Origin: Rebecca billardiae RCC1528
Lineage: Eukaryota; Protista; Haptophyta
Assembly: GCA_965240325.2 (NCBI GenBank)
Contig: OZ251230.1
Span: forward strand, 1 to 64,000
Direction of reading: 5' to 3'
Length of the DNA: 64,000 bases
Shown: in pieces, positions 53,211 through 64,000 of the stretch
How positions within the stretch are numbered: position 1 is the first letter of the stretch
How the letters are laid out: each line of letters starts with the position of its first letter
Notes under the pieces: generated by a model
What the model saw: only the letters and a program-made list of their open reading frames with translations
Database searches by the model: none
Told to the model about the DNA's origin: nothing
Position numbers and translations under genes: made by a program

Positions 53211-56180
53211 ATGGGCGTGGGCTGCCTGCTGTGCGCGCCGCGCGCCGGCGTGCGCCGCGACTCGGACGCGGCCGACGCGCACGAGCGGCTCTCGCGCGAG
53301 GACACGGCGCGGAGCGACGCCATCGCCGCCGCGCTCGCGCACGCCGAGCCGATGCCGGTCGTGCAGCTAGACTCGTGGCTCGCCGCCCTCGCGCGCGACG
53401 ACGGCGACGTCGCGCGCGCCGCGGGCGGCGACGAGCTCGCGGGCGAGGTCTCGGCGGCGGCGCGCGCGGCGCACGCGTCCTGGCAGCGCGCGGGCTTCTT
53501 CCTCGAGCTGCCCGGCCGCGCTCAGCCCGAGGCGGCGCGCGCCTCGCACGCCGGCGGCGCGGCGGACGCCGCCGTCGCGGCGGCGGACGCGGACCGGCTC
53601 GACGAGCTGCTCGCGGAGCACGCGCGGGACGAGCGGGTGTGGGTCGAGCTCGCCAGCGCCCGCGCGCCGCGCTCCCTCGGCCCGCCCTCGCCCGCGGCTG
53701 CGCTGGGCGCGCTGCTGCCGCTCGCGCAGGCGCCGCTCGACCTCGCGGTGGCGGCAGCGCACGCACGCGCGGGCCGTGCCGAGCTCGCGGCGCTGACGGC
53801 GGCGGTGGTGGCGGCGGCGTACGCGCTCGCGTGGCTCGCGCTGTACACCGCCGCGCGCAGCTGGCACCTGGCGCGCGAAGCGCCGCGCGACGTCTTCGCG
53901 CCGGGGCGCGCGCGCGCGCGCCTCGCGCGCTGCGGCGGAGGCGGCGGCGTGGCCGCGTGCGCTCGCTCGCCGCTGCTCGCCGTCGGCGTGTGGCTCGGGC
54001 CGCTGGGCCCGCTGCTCGTGCTCGACCCGCTCCTCGCGCTCGGCGCGGCGCGCGGCATGACGCCCGCCGCCCTCGCGCGCACGCCCACGCCGCCGGCGCA
54101 GCACGCGGCGGCGGCGCGCGCGCCGCGCGCGCGCGTGTGGCGCGGCTGGTTTGCGCGCGGCGCGGCCGCCGCGGCGGAGACGAGCGCCGTGCTCGGCGAG
54201 TACGCGGTGCTTCGCGCGGGCGTGCGCGCGTGGGCGCACGCGCTGCCGCAGGCGCTCGTGCACGCGTACGCGCTGCTCGCGCTCGCGCCCGCCGCGCGCG
54301 CCTCGCCTCTGCTGCCGTGCGCGCTCGGCTGCGCCGCCGCCGCCGCGGGCTTCGGGCTCTGGGAGCTGGGCGCGGCGGCGGGCGCGGCGCGGCTCGGGCT
54401 GGGCGAGTACGGGCGGCGCGTGCTGCTGTGCGCGGGCTGCCCGCTCGCGCCCGCCGCCACGGCCGGCTGGCTCCGCCAGCTCGGCGCGGCGCGCGCGCGC
54501 GCCGGCCGCACGCTGAGCGGCGCGCCCGGCGGCTCTGAGCTGCTGGCCGGCTGCGCGCTGCTGCACGCGCGCGCGCGGCCGTGCGCGCTCGTGGCGGTGG
54601 CGGTGGCGGCCGCGCGCGGCGTGGACGCGGACGGCGCGGCGGTGCTCGCGCGCGCGGCGCTGTGCGCCGACGGCACCGCTGTGCGCGCGCTCCGCCTCGC
54701 CGACTGCGCGCTCGGCGACGCCGGCGGCATCGCGCTCGCGGCCGCGGTGCGCGCGTCGCCCGCGCCGCGCGCGCCGCCGCTGCACTCGCTCGAGCTCGAG
54801 GGGTGCGAGCTGGCCGACGCGGCGGCGGTGGGGCTCGCGCGCGCGCTGCCGGCGCGGGGCGCGGAGCTCGAGCGGCTCGTCCTCAGCGCGAACCGCCTCA
54901 CCGCGCGCGGCGCCGCCGCGCTCGCGGGCGGGCTGCGCCTCTGCGCGCGGCTGCGCGCGCTCGAGCTGCGAGCCAACCCTCTGGGCGACGGCGGCGCGCA
55001 CGCGCTGGCCGGCGCGCTCGGCGGGATGGGGGCGCTGCGCCGGCTCGGGCTGGGCGAGGCGGGGCTCGGGCCGGAGGGCGCGATCGCCCTCGTCCGCGCC
55101 GCCTCCGCGCCCGGCGCCTCCGGCCGCGCCGCGCTGCGCTGGCTCGACCTCGGGCGCAACGACGTGGGCGATGGCGGCGCGCTCGCGCTCGCGCGCGCGC
55201 TCGGTGGCGGCGCGCACGCGGCCGGCGGCGGCGCGGAGGCGGAGGAGTGGGGCGAGGCGGCGGAGGTGCGCCCGGGCGGGCTGCGCCACTGCCTGCGCCA
55301 CCTCTTCCTCGACCACAACCGCACCCTCGGCGACGAGGGCGGCGTGGCGCTCGCGCGCGCGCTCGCGCCCGCCGCCGACGCGCATGCCGCGCGCGGCGCG
55401 CTCGAGTCGCTCGACCTCTCCGCCACGGGCGTGGGCGACAGGAGCGCGGCCGCGCTCGGCGCGAGCGCGGTCGGGCTCGTCGAGCTGTGGCTCTCCTCGA
55501 GCGCCATCACCGACCGCGGCGCCGCCGCCCTCTGCCCGCTGCTCGGCGGCGCGTGCGCGCTGCGCTCACTGGCGCTCTCCGCGTGCGCGCTCGGCGATGC
55601 GGGCGCGGCCGCGCTCGGCGGCGCGCTCGGCGGCGGCGAGTGCGCGCTGCGCGAGCTCCGGCTCTCGAGCAACGCGATCGGCGCGCTCGGCGCGGTGGCG
55701 CTCGCGCACGGCGCGTGCAGCGCGCCCGCGCTGCGCGCGCTCGCGCTCGGCGCCAACCGCATCGACGACGGCGCGTGCGCCGCGCTGTGCGCCGCCGCCG
55801 CCACCGCGCCCGCGCTGCGCAGCCTCGGGCTGGCGGCCAACCCGCTGTCCGAGGCGGCGGAGGGCGCGCTGCGGGGCGCGTGGGCGAGCCGGCGCGCGCG
55901 CCGCGCGGCCGACGGGCTGCAGCTCGGCGACGGCTCGCTCGCGCCGGGCTCGCCCGTGCTCGCGCGCGTGCGGCGCATCCGCCGCTCGCACAGCGCCAGC
56001 CTCAGCCTCAGCCTCAGCCTCAGCCCGTCCCTCAGCCCGTCGGTCGCACACAGCGCCGCGCACAGCGTGAGCGTGCTCAGCGACGGCGCGGCCGGCTCCG
56101 AGCCGGCGGCCGCGCTCGCGCCCGCCGCGGGCGGGGGCACGTCTCGGCCTCACCAGCAGAAGGGCGCGCAGGCCGTCTAG
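53211..56180 (+). CDS. Membrane protein (possibly XK-related) with C-terminal RI-class leucine-rich repeats
   Basis: Hydrophobic N-terminal half including ALPQALVHAY; about 12 LxxLxLxxNxLGDxGAxAL repeats. Confidence 0.75.
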   Translation: MGVGCLLCAPRAGVRRDSDAADAHERLSREDTARSDAIAAALAHAEPMPVVQLDSWLAALARDDGDVARAAGGDELAGEVSAAARAAHASWQRAGFFLELPGRAQPEAARASHAGGAADAAVAAADADRLDELLAEHARDERVWVELASARAPRSLGPPSPAAALGALLPLAQAPLDLAVAAAHARAGRAELAALTAAVVAAAYALAWLALYTAARSWHLAREAPRDVFAPGRARARLARCGGGGGVAACARSPLLAVGVWLGPLGPLLVLDPLLALGAARGMTPAALARTPTPPAQHAAAARAPRARVWRGWFARGAAAAAETSAVLGEYAVLRAGVRAWAHALPQALVHAYALLALAPAARASPLLPCALGCAAAAAGFGLWELGAAAGAARLGLGEYGRRVLLCAGCPLAPAATAGWLRQLGAARARAGRTLSGAPGGSELLAGCALLHARARPCALVAVAVAAARGVDADGAAVLARAALCADGTAVRALRLADCALGDAGGIALAAAVRASPAPRAPPLHSLELEGCELADAAAVGLARALPARGAELERLVLSANRLTARGAAALAGGLRLCARLRALELRANPLGDGGAHALAGALGGMGALRRLGLGEAGLGPEGAIALVRAASAPGASGRAALRWLDLGRNDVGDGGALALARALGGGAHAAGGGAEAEEWGEAAEVRPGGLRHCLRHLFLDHNRTLGDEGGVALARALAPAADAHAARGALESLDLSATGVGDRSAAALGASAVGLVELWLSSSAITDRGAAALCPLLGGACALRSLALSACALGDAGAAALGGALGGGECALRELRLSSNAIGALGAVALAHGACSAPALRALALGANRIDDGACAALCAAAATAPALRSLGLAANPLSEAAEGALRGAWASRRARRAADGLQLGDGSLAPGSPVLARVRRIRRSHSASLSLSLSLSPSLSPSVAHSAAHSVSVLSDGAAGSEPAAALAPAAGGGTSRPHQQKGAQAV

Positions 56181-56835
56181 TACGGTCAGCAGCAGCCAGC
56201 CATCAAGCTCGGTATCGTCGCAAGCGCGGCGTGGCGGCGCCTGCGGCTGCGGCACGGCAGCGCGGTGCTTCTTGAGTTAATTTGACTTGACGAGTAGTCT
56301 GCTGCTGGGCGCGCGCGCTGACGATGAATATAGTGCGCGCATGCGCAGCAGCGTATAGTCGTGCGCTGTCTGATCGATCGCGGCGGACTGCTAATAAACT
56401 GCTTTATATATATTACTACTCACTATAATATATATACTACTATATATATGTATATAGTAGTATAAGTCAGCGCTGCTAATAACGAGCGACGACGCTGATG
56501 CTGCTCGTGCTACTTATACTACCGTCACCGAGGCCCGGACGACGACTTTTAGATCGACACCGTGGCTGGCTACGGGGCCCGAGCCGAGAGTAGAGCCTCA
56601 GCCTGCGTGGCTCCGGGCCAATCCGACTGAACCGTGCAAGTGTGCCTATACTCCGGAAATGTGATGCTGCCGAGTCCGCGCGTCGTCGTCCACTCGTCAC
56701 CCCGCCGTGCGCTGCTGCGTGGCAATGCGGAGCCAGTGCCGTCAGCCATCGCGGCCGCAGCCAGCAGTGCCGGCCGCAGCCGGGCCGGGCCGAGCGGCAG
56801 CGGGCAGGCCGCATGGGCGGCATGGCTCTGCAGCC

Positions 56836-58753
56836 TCAGCCGTACACGCCCGTGCAGTTGGTGCGCAGCGCGTACCCGACGAGGCCGAGCATCGGCAGCA
56901 GCGGCAGGTGCACGCTGATGTGCCCGTCCCACCAGGACGGGTCGTCCATTCCGGCGAAGAAGTTCCAGCTAAGCAGTGCGAAGGCGGCGCGCGCGCGCGC
57001 GGGCGGGCGGGCGGACGGGCCCGTGGCTCGGCTCAGGCGCGGCCGGCGCGGCGCGCGGCCGGCGCGGCGGGCTTTCGCACGCGGCGCGCACCGGTGCTTG
57101 TTCCACGGCGTGGACGCATCGCCCCCCGGCGGCGCGCCGCGCAGCTCGCCGACCTTCATGCCCTCGAGCTTGGCGTTGGCCGCCTTCGAGTGGCCGATCG
57201 CGTTGTAGTCGTCAGTGCAGTCGCGCCCGGCCGCGCCCAGCACCGCCTCCCGCCCGCCCGGGTGCTCGTCCAGGTAACGGCTCGCGTCGTACACCACGCC
57301 GCCTGCGCGGAGGGGGAGCGCACGCGGGGCCAGGGCCGCGCGTGGGCCTCGCGCGCGGGCGCCGCGCGTGGCCCGGCCCGCTCCCACTCCGCGTGTCGCG
57401 CCCCGCCCGCCGGCCGCCGGCCGGCTTGGGCGCGCGTACCGATGGCGAGCCAGACGCCGTCCTTCTCGTTGGCGTGCCGCGCGAGCTCGCCCAGCCCGAT
57501 CCGCGAGGCGTCGGTGTCCGCCGCCTCGGCCTCGGCGGCGCGGCGCGCGGCCTCGTCGGCGAGCGCCTGGTTCGCCGTGATCTGCCGCCAGTCCAGCGCG
57601 GTCGCCTGCTCGCCCACGTACTGCGCGCGCCCCTCGTGCCTCGTGCCAAACGCGGCGTCCCACAGCCCGCCGATCGCCGAGAAGGAGAAGTTGCACGACT
57701 TGTGGCCCTCGTGGTGCCAGTCGTGGTGGTGCGGCATCTGCGAGAAGGGGAAGAAGCGCTGCGCGTTGTGCGCCAGGTTCGCCGCGCACGACACGCCCGA
57801 GTGCTTCTCGAGCGACTCCATGATCCGCACGAACACGTGCGCGTAGAAGGTCGCGTGGTCGAGCGGCACCAGCACCTGCGCGGCCGACTGGCCGACCATG
57901 CCGGCGAGCAGGTTGTCGAGCGGGTGCGACTGGTAGGTGACGCGCGAGAGCGGCGTGGTCGGGTGGTGGTGGATGCCGTGCAGGTACCTCCACGCCCACT
58001 CGCCCACGTGCCCCGCGCGGTGCACCCAGTACATTGCGTAGCTCATCGCGTACTGGTGGCCCACGAAGCGCAGCGCGCGCTGCAGCGGCGGATGCGTCAC
58101 GTGCCGCGCGGGGAAGTAGCCGGGCACGAGGTAGTACCAGCCGAGCAGCCACGCCACGTCGAGCAGGATCGTGCCGCCTGCGACCGGCGCGGCGCGCGCG
58201 CGGGCGCGGGCGCGGCGGCGGCGGCGTCAGCGCGCGTCCGCGCGCGTGACCGCGCGCCGGTGCGCGCGCGCTCACGGTCGTTCCACTCCTGCGCGGCGAG
58301 GAACTTGATCTCGCGGCCGACGAGGTCGGTCTTGGTGTTGAGCGCGTGCGCCTTGGTCGGCTGCGTGCGGTACTCCGGGAACTTGAAGAAGACGCTCTCG
58401 AGGAAGAGCGTGTACGCGCGGATGAAGACGGACTGGCCCACCAGCCAGCAGCCCACCTCGAGCAGCGACTGCGAGTTGGGCGCGGAGAGGTGCGGGTAGC
58501 AGTACCCGACGGCGACGAGGCCGAGGCGGAGGCCCCACTCGAGCGCGGTGGTCCAGCCCGAGCCGCCGAAGAGCAGCCCCGAGAAGTGCTGGCCCTGCTC
58601 GTACTGCTGCTCCGCGAGCGTCGGCGGCGGCGGCTGCACGGCCGAGCGCGACTTCTTGAGCGAGACGATGCGCTCGACGTGGCCCGAGAGCATGGACGAG
58701 TCGCGGCGCATGACCATGGGCGTCGAGCCCTTGCGCGAGAGCGGCTTGATCAT
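56836..58753 (-). CDS. Fatty-acid hydroxylase/sterol desaturase-superfamily enzyme with C-terminal cytochrome b5 (introns 58178-58275, 57303-57439, 56969-57091)
   Basis: His boxes YWVHRAGH, LHGIHHH, EKHSG, HHHDWHH; b5 motif WLAI/GGVVYDAS.YL.EHPGG...AGRDCT..Y..IGHS; hydrophobic tail. Confidence 0.88.
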
Positions 58754-59552
58754 CGCGCCGGCTCCCCGCGCCGCGTGCGCGCGCTCGGGAGGGCCCGCGG
58801 ACGGTGCGGCGCTCGCGGCCCGAGACCGCCGATGCGTCGCCGAAGGGCGTTGGCCGGAGCGCAAAGAAAAGCCGTGAGGGCCGGGTTTGTCGTCTTTTCG
58901 CGGAAAGATTGCGCTCCGCACTCTGGAAAGCCTGGTTTATAGTGGTTTGCAGGCGGGTTTCGCGCGACTTTTCGCTGAACTGATGCTAAGTAGGAGCCTG
59001 GTAAGTTCCCACTATGTAACCTACCGACGTGGACGAAGCCGTCTATTTCACTTTTAACCCGCAGAGGAATCAGTAGGAACTGTGCTGCCCCGTTGACATA
59101 CGAAAGTGCGCGCGATGCGTTTTGCGACGTCAAGTTGGGTCCCTCCAGAGCTTTTTAGGAACGAACCATAGAAGGCATGCGTGGAGAAAAGGGGCGACGG
59201 GGTCGTGATTCGAGCGAGGCCAGTCGAGCGGTGCGCTTTCTGAAGTTCTCCCGGCGATTAAACCACGCCTGCGCCCGGCGGCGGCGGCGGCGGCGGCGGC
59301 TGGCAATCTGCCAAGCGCCCCTGGCCTCGCGTCGCCGCGCGAGCGCACGGCGCCAGGCGTCGGATAGGCAGATCTCCCTCTCGCTCGGGTCCGGCCTTTC
59401 AACCAGCTTACTTGTACCTTCGCGACGCGCTCTTTTTACCCGCTCGGGCTCGGCGTCGTCGAGATCATCAGGACAGCCGCCGGAGCAGCCAGCCGAGCCG
59501 TGCATCGTCGGCAACTCGCGCCTTCCACACCTCGCCGAGCACACAGAGAGAG

Positions 59553-61668
59553 ATGGCGCCGCCAACGGTCCCCGCGGAGATGGACAACAAGGACTTCCTC
59601 CACCAGGTGCGCGCCCACGCGCCGTGCCGCGAGGGCTGCGTGCCCGCGCGCGCCCGCTTGCGCGCGCGGCGCGGGCGCGCGCGTCCGCGCTGGGCGGCGT
59701 CTGCGGCGCCGACCGGAAGGCGAGCTCGCGTGCCCGCGCGCCCGCGCGCCCGCACCGCGCGCGCCCGTGCGCGCACAGACGGCGAAGAACCACAAGCTCG
59801 AGTCGAAGGAGCACCCGAACGGCATCAAGGAGCTCTCGATGCACATCGGCGAGCACACGTACCCGGTCTACCTCGGGTACAACAAGCTGCCCGAGCTGAT
59901 CGCCGAGCTGAAGAAGCTCGACCTGGACAAGGTGCGCGCGCACGGGGCGGGCGGGGGCCGGGGATGCGGGCGGCGGGGTGCGACGGCTGGCTGGGCGAGG
60001 GCCGTGGGCCGCCGTGGACGCGAAGGGCGAGCGCGGCGGGCTTGGCGCCGCGCGCGCTCCGCCGCGCGCGGCCCGGCGTGCGCGGATCGGCCGGCGCCGC
60101 GGCGCACGTGGCGTGGCGTGTGCGCACGCGCGCCTCGCTGCGCTCTCACAGCCGCCCCCGCCCGCCCTTGCCCCCCGCAGGTCTTCCTCGGCTACGACGA
60201 GATGACGGCGAAGCACTGCGGCCCCAAGCTCGAGGCGGAGCTGACCAAGGCGGGCGTGCCGTTCCAGCGCTGCGTGATGGGGCTGACGGAGGCGGCCAAG
60301 ACGGTGTCCACGCTCGACATGATCCTCGAGACGTTCCTCAAGGGCGGCGGCTCGCGCAAGACCATCATGATGCCCGTCGGCGGCGGCATCGTCTCGAACA
60401 CCTTCGGCCTCGCCGCCGGGCTGCTCTTCCGCGGCATCCGGCTCGTGCAGGTGCCCACCTCGTTCCTCAACGCGCACGACGCGGCGGCGTCGTCGCAGAA
60501 GCAGGCGGTGAACCACGCGGGGTACAAGAACATCGTCGGGCTGTACCACAGCCCGACGATGGTCCTCGTCGACACCTCGTTCTACGCCTCGCTCGGCATG
60601 GTGCAGATGAAGGCGGGGCTGGGCGAGCTGACCAAGAACGCCGCGCTGTTCGGAGGCGTGCACTACGAGCTGATGAAGAAGACCACCAAGGTCAAGGGCT
60701 GGAAGCTGAGCGGGGAGGACCTGGTCGAGGCGACGTTCACGGGGATCGGCGCGAAGGACATGCTGCTCAAGCTCGACCCGCGCGAGAAGCACATCGCGCT
60801 CCTCTTCGAGTACGGCCACACCATCGGCCACGCGCTCGAGCTGACCGAGGGCACGATCACCTCGCACGGCGAGGGCGTGGCCATCGGCATGCTCGGCGCC
60901 TCCTACATCTCGCACAAGATGGGGCTGATGAGCGCAAAGGACCGCGAGGAGCACGACCAACTGATCGAGTGGCTCGACCCGGAAATCTTCCTGTGCGCGC
61001 GCGCGCCGCCCGGCCCGCGCGCGCCGCCGCCCCGCGCCGCTCACGCGCGCGCCGCCGCCCGGCCCGCCGCCGCCGCCTGGCCCGCCGCCGCTGCCGCCGC
61101 CGCCGCAGCCCGGACCGCGACCTGGAGGCGGAGGTGCTCGACAAGGTGCTGCACGACAACAAGCGCGGGTACATCCCGGAGAAGGAGGGCCACGCGCCGT
61201 TCATCCTCAACAAGCGCATCGGGGAGATGCACTACCCCAACATCTACTACCTCGAGTGAGTCGCGCGCACACCGCGCACACCGCGCACACCGCGCACACC
61301 GCGCGCACCGCGCGCGCATGGGCACACGACGAGCGCGGGCGCGCGACCGCCGCGCGCGCTCACGGGCCGCCCCCGCGCCGCGCCTGCCGCCGCCGCCGCG
61401 CCGCAGGTACGTGCCCGTGCCCATCGTCAAGGAGGCGATCAAGTACGTGCTCGAGCGGATGCGCAAGCGCGGCTACTCCGGCGGCAACGCGTCGGGCGAG
61501 GACGGCACCGTCAAGCGCGACACGCGCCGCGCCGCCAAGCCGCTCAAGCGCCACCCGTCCTCGTTCGTGTACGGTGACGACTTGCCCGCGGCCAAGGTGG
61601 CCAAGGCGCTGGAGAAGGGCATCACCAAGGAGAAGTCCATCAAGATGGAGGCGCCCAAGCACTTCTAA
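59553..61668 (+). CDS. 2-deoxy-scyllo-inosose synthase-like sugar-phosphate cyclase (exons 59553-59606, 59779-59931, 60181-60992, 61109-61255, 61407-61668)
   Basis: GGGIVSN..G.AAGLLFRGIRLVQVPTSFL, KQAVN...KNIVG.Y, KAGLGELTKN, DPREK...FEYGHTIGHALEL, HGEGVAIGM, HDNKRGY; four GT-AG introns give a continuous frame. Confidence 0.85.
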
Positions 61669-62159
61669 GCGGCAGCCGCCTGAAAATGTCTAATGACGAG
61701 ATGAGGCTGCACGATGGCGTTGAGGCCGCGGGCGCCGCCAGCCGTCGTGAGTGCCGCTCGACAGCCGGAGAGCCGCTGCCGCTGATCATCACGGTAGTCC
61801 GGGCGGTATCATGATACAGCAGCAGCGTCACAGCGCAGCAGCAGCATATCATATTATATTAGTATCGTCGATCGCGTCGGCAGTGACTGTACGTGAGCGA
61901 GTGACTGAGTTACTAATACGAGTAGTCGTACTGATATAGCGGCGGTTATTAGTCGTGCGTAGTCGCGCGTCTGAGCGCCGGGCGCGCGCCACGCAGCGCT
62001 GATGCTTACACGCGTGTGATCTGTGACTGTGAGCATCCGCGAGTACGCGCTGTACGCGCGCGATTCTGCGGACGCACCTACTCGGTCACGATCAGATGGT
62101 CCCGCGCAGGTGCCGCCCGGCAGCTCCCACTCGAGCGGCACGCCACCGAGCTGCTGTGC

Positions 62160-64000
62160 TCACACCAGCATGCCCCCCTTGAGGCCGCCGCCGTGTGCAG
62201 CGCCGCCGAGCTCGCGGTGATGCCCGCCATGGTGCCCGCCATGGTGCCCGCCACCGCTGCGCGGCTTCTTGCCCGGCAGCGCGAGCGAGCCGCGCCGCGT
62301 CGGCGCCGGCGTGCGCGCCTTGCGGAGGGGCGTGGCGGCGCCGGTCGCGGCGCCCGTCCTCGCCGCCCGCCCGGGCCGCGCCGAGCTCACGTCCTCGACC
62401 GCCACCTCTCCGCTGCCCGCCGCGCTCTCGGAGGCGTCCGCGTACGCCCACAGCGCCTCCGCCCCGCGCCCGGCCTTGGGCACGGCGCCCAGCACGCAGC
62501 ACGCTAGCAGCAGGGCGGCTGCGCACGCGGGGTGGGGGCACGCGCGCGGGGCGGAGGGCGGCGCGTGAGGGCGCGGGCCGCCGCAGCACGCGCGGCGCCG
62601 CGCCGCGCAACGCTCGCGGCGCGGCGCGCACACCTCCGCACGCGAGGTGCACCCACGCCGGCGCGCGCGCGGGCAGCACGGCCCCCTGCGCGCCCAGCGC
62701 ACCGCCCAGCGCCACGCGCCCGGCCGCGCAGCACAGCCGCAGCGCGCGGCCGACGGGGGCGCGCACAAACGCCAGCAGGCCTGCGCGCGGCGCGCGGCAC
62801 GCAGCGGTGGCGCGGTGGGGCGGCGGTGGCAGCGGCGCGCGGCGTGAGGCGCGAGCAGCACGCACGGCGCGCGAGCGCGCGCGTGCGCGGGCCGTGGGGT
62901 GCGCGCACACACCCGCGTGTGCCGCCTCCAGCGCGAGCAGCAGCAGCGACACAGACCCCAGGCACACGCCGAGCAGAAGAGCCACGCACGCCGAGGGCGG
63001 CGCGGCGGGCGCGCCGACGAGCGTCTTGAGAGCGGCGGCCAGGCCTGCGCGCACACGCGCACACACACGCGCGCACACACGCGCGCACACGCACACGCAC
63101 ACGCACACGCACACGCGCACGCGCACGCGCACGCGCACGCGCGCGCGCACACAGCGCCGTCCGCTCAGTGGCCGCGGCGCGCGCGCGCGCGCGGCGCGCG
63201 CGCGGCGCTGCGCCGCGCCCCGGCGCGCGTCGCGTGCGCGCACAGAGCAGCGCGACAACGGCCGGCCAGTGCGCGTAGCGCCACGCGAGCGCGCGCGCGC
63301 CCGACCTCCGCAGCGCGTGCCTGCGCCCGCCGGCGCCGCTGCCGGCCACAGCGTAGCCGCAGCCGAGGGCGAGCACTGCGCACAGCGCGCACGCTAAGCC
63401 GAGCGCGGCGGCAGCGGCCGGGGAGAGGGCGGGCGGGGCGGCGGAGGCGGCGGCGTGGTGCAGGGCCGCGGGCTCGGCGCGCTCGAGCAGCGCGCCCAGC
63501 GCCGCGCCGCCGCCGCCCAGCCCGCCGCCCGCCACGCTGCCGCCGGCCGCGAGCGCGGCGCCGCGCGCGGCCGCGGCCGCCGCCAGCCGCCGCCCCGCGC
63601 CCGCGGCGGCCGCGAGGGCGGCCGTGGCCGGCTCGGCCGGGAGCGCGGCGGCCGCGGGGCCTGGCGCGTGCGCAGGCGACGGCGGCGCGGCGGCAGGCGA
63701 CGGCGGCGCGGCGGCAGGCGACGGCGGCGGAGTGCTCGTCGCGTCGCTCGGCGCGGCCGCGGCGGCGGGCGCGCGCTCGACGGCCGAGCGCGCGCCCGCC
63801 GCCGCGCTAAGCGCGCTCGGCGCGGGCTCGCCCACGGCGGGGCCGTGGCCGGCGGGCGAGACCGCGGTGACGATGCTGAGCACGCACGTGCCCAGCGCGA
63901 GCATCAGCAGCTCGCCGAAGCGCCGCGCGCTGAACTCGGCGCCGGAGGCGGGAGCGGTGGAGGCGGGAGCGCGTGTGCCGGGCGCGGGCGCCGCCCCCGC
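62160..64000 (-). CDS. Hypothetical multi-pass membrane protein, 5'-partial, exon structure uncertain
   Basis: Hydrophobic segments (LMLALGTCVLSIV, ALGLACALCAVLALGC, VALLLGVCLGSVSLLLLAL, LLLACCVLGAV) separated by intron-like (GC)n/(GCACAC)n tracts. Confidence 0.45.

Noticed and set aside
59553-61668. Annotation as ordinary 3-dehydroquinate synthase, or as an EEVS/DDGS mycosporine cyclase
   Set aside because: KQAVN, GGGxxxN, FRGI and HDNKRGY fit DOIS better, and no O-methyltransferase or ATP-grasp neighbour is present.
56836-64000. Aminoglycoside biosynthetic cluster or bacterial contamination
   Set aside because: The genes have host-style spliceosomal introns, and no aminotransferase, dehydrogenase or glycosyltransferase is seen in the window.

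Overview
Eukaryotic nuclear DNA: extremely GC-rich and gene-dense, with short spliceosomal introns full of (GC)n tracts. The style suggests a haptophyte alga such as the Pavlovales (inference from composition and intron style only). Most long ORFs in the track are antisense or off-frame shadows. I can support about 20 genes: QCR7, phosphoglucomutase with an N-terminal docking-type domain, a bZIP factor, several coiled-coil proteins, a PA-7TM-HET/TIR-like receptor, a GH81 beta-1,3-glucanase, a ZNF598-like protein, an AzgA/NCS2 permease, ATG1, RNF10/Mag2, a CS-beta-helix-TPR co-chaperone, a divergent beta-tubulin, an LNR protein, a membrane+LRR protein, a His-box hydroxylase/desaturase with C-terminal cytochrome b5, and a sugar-phosphate cyclase. 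Mobile DNA: an intact-looking 6.25 kb CACAG-ended transposon (34-bp TIRs, two ORFs), two copies of a ~0.6 kb MITE, and a 3.2 kb element with 547-bp inverted arms. Top finding: an intron-containing gene with the signatures of 2-deoxy-scyllo-inosose synthase (BtrC/DOIS, known from bacterial aminoglycoside clusters), lying head-to-head with the hydroxylase-b5 gene. It is a candidate entry enzyme for algal deoxy-cyclitol (cyclohexanetetrol) biosynthesis. All assignments come from motif recognition by eye; no searches were run.
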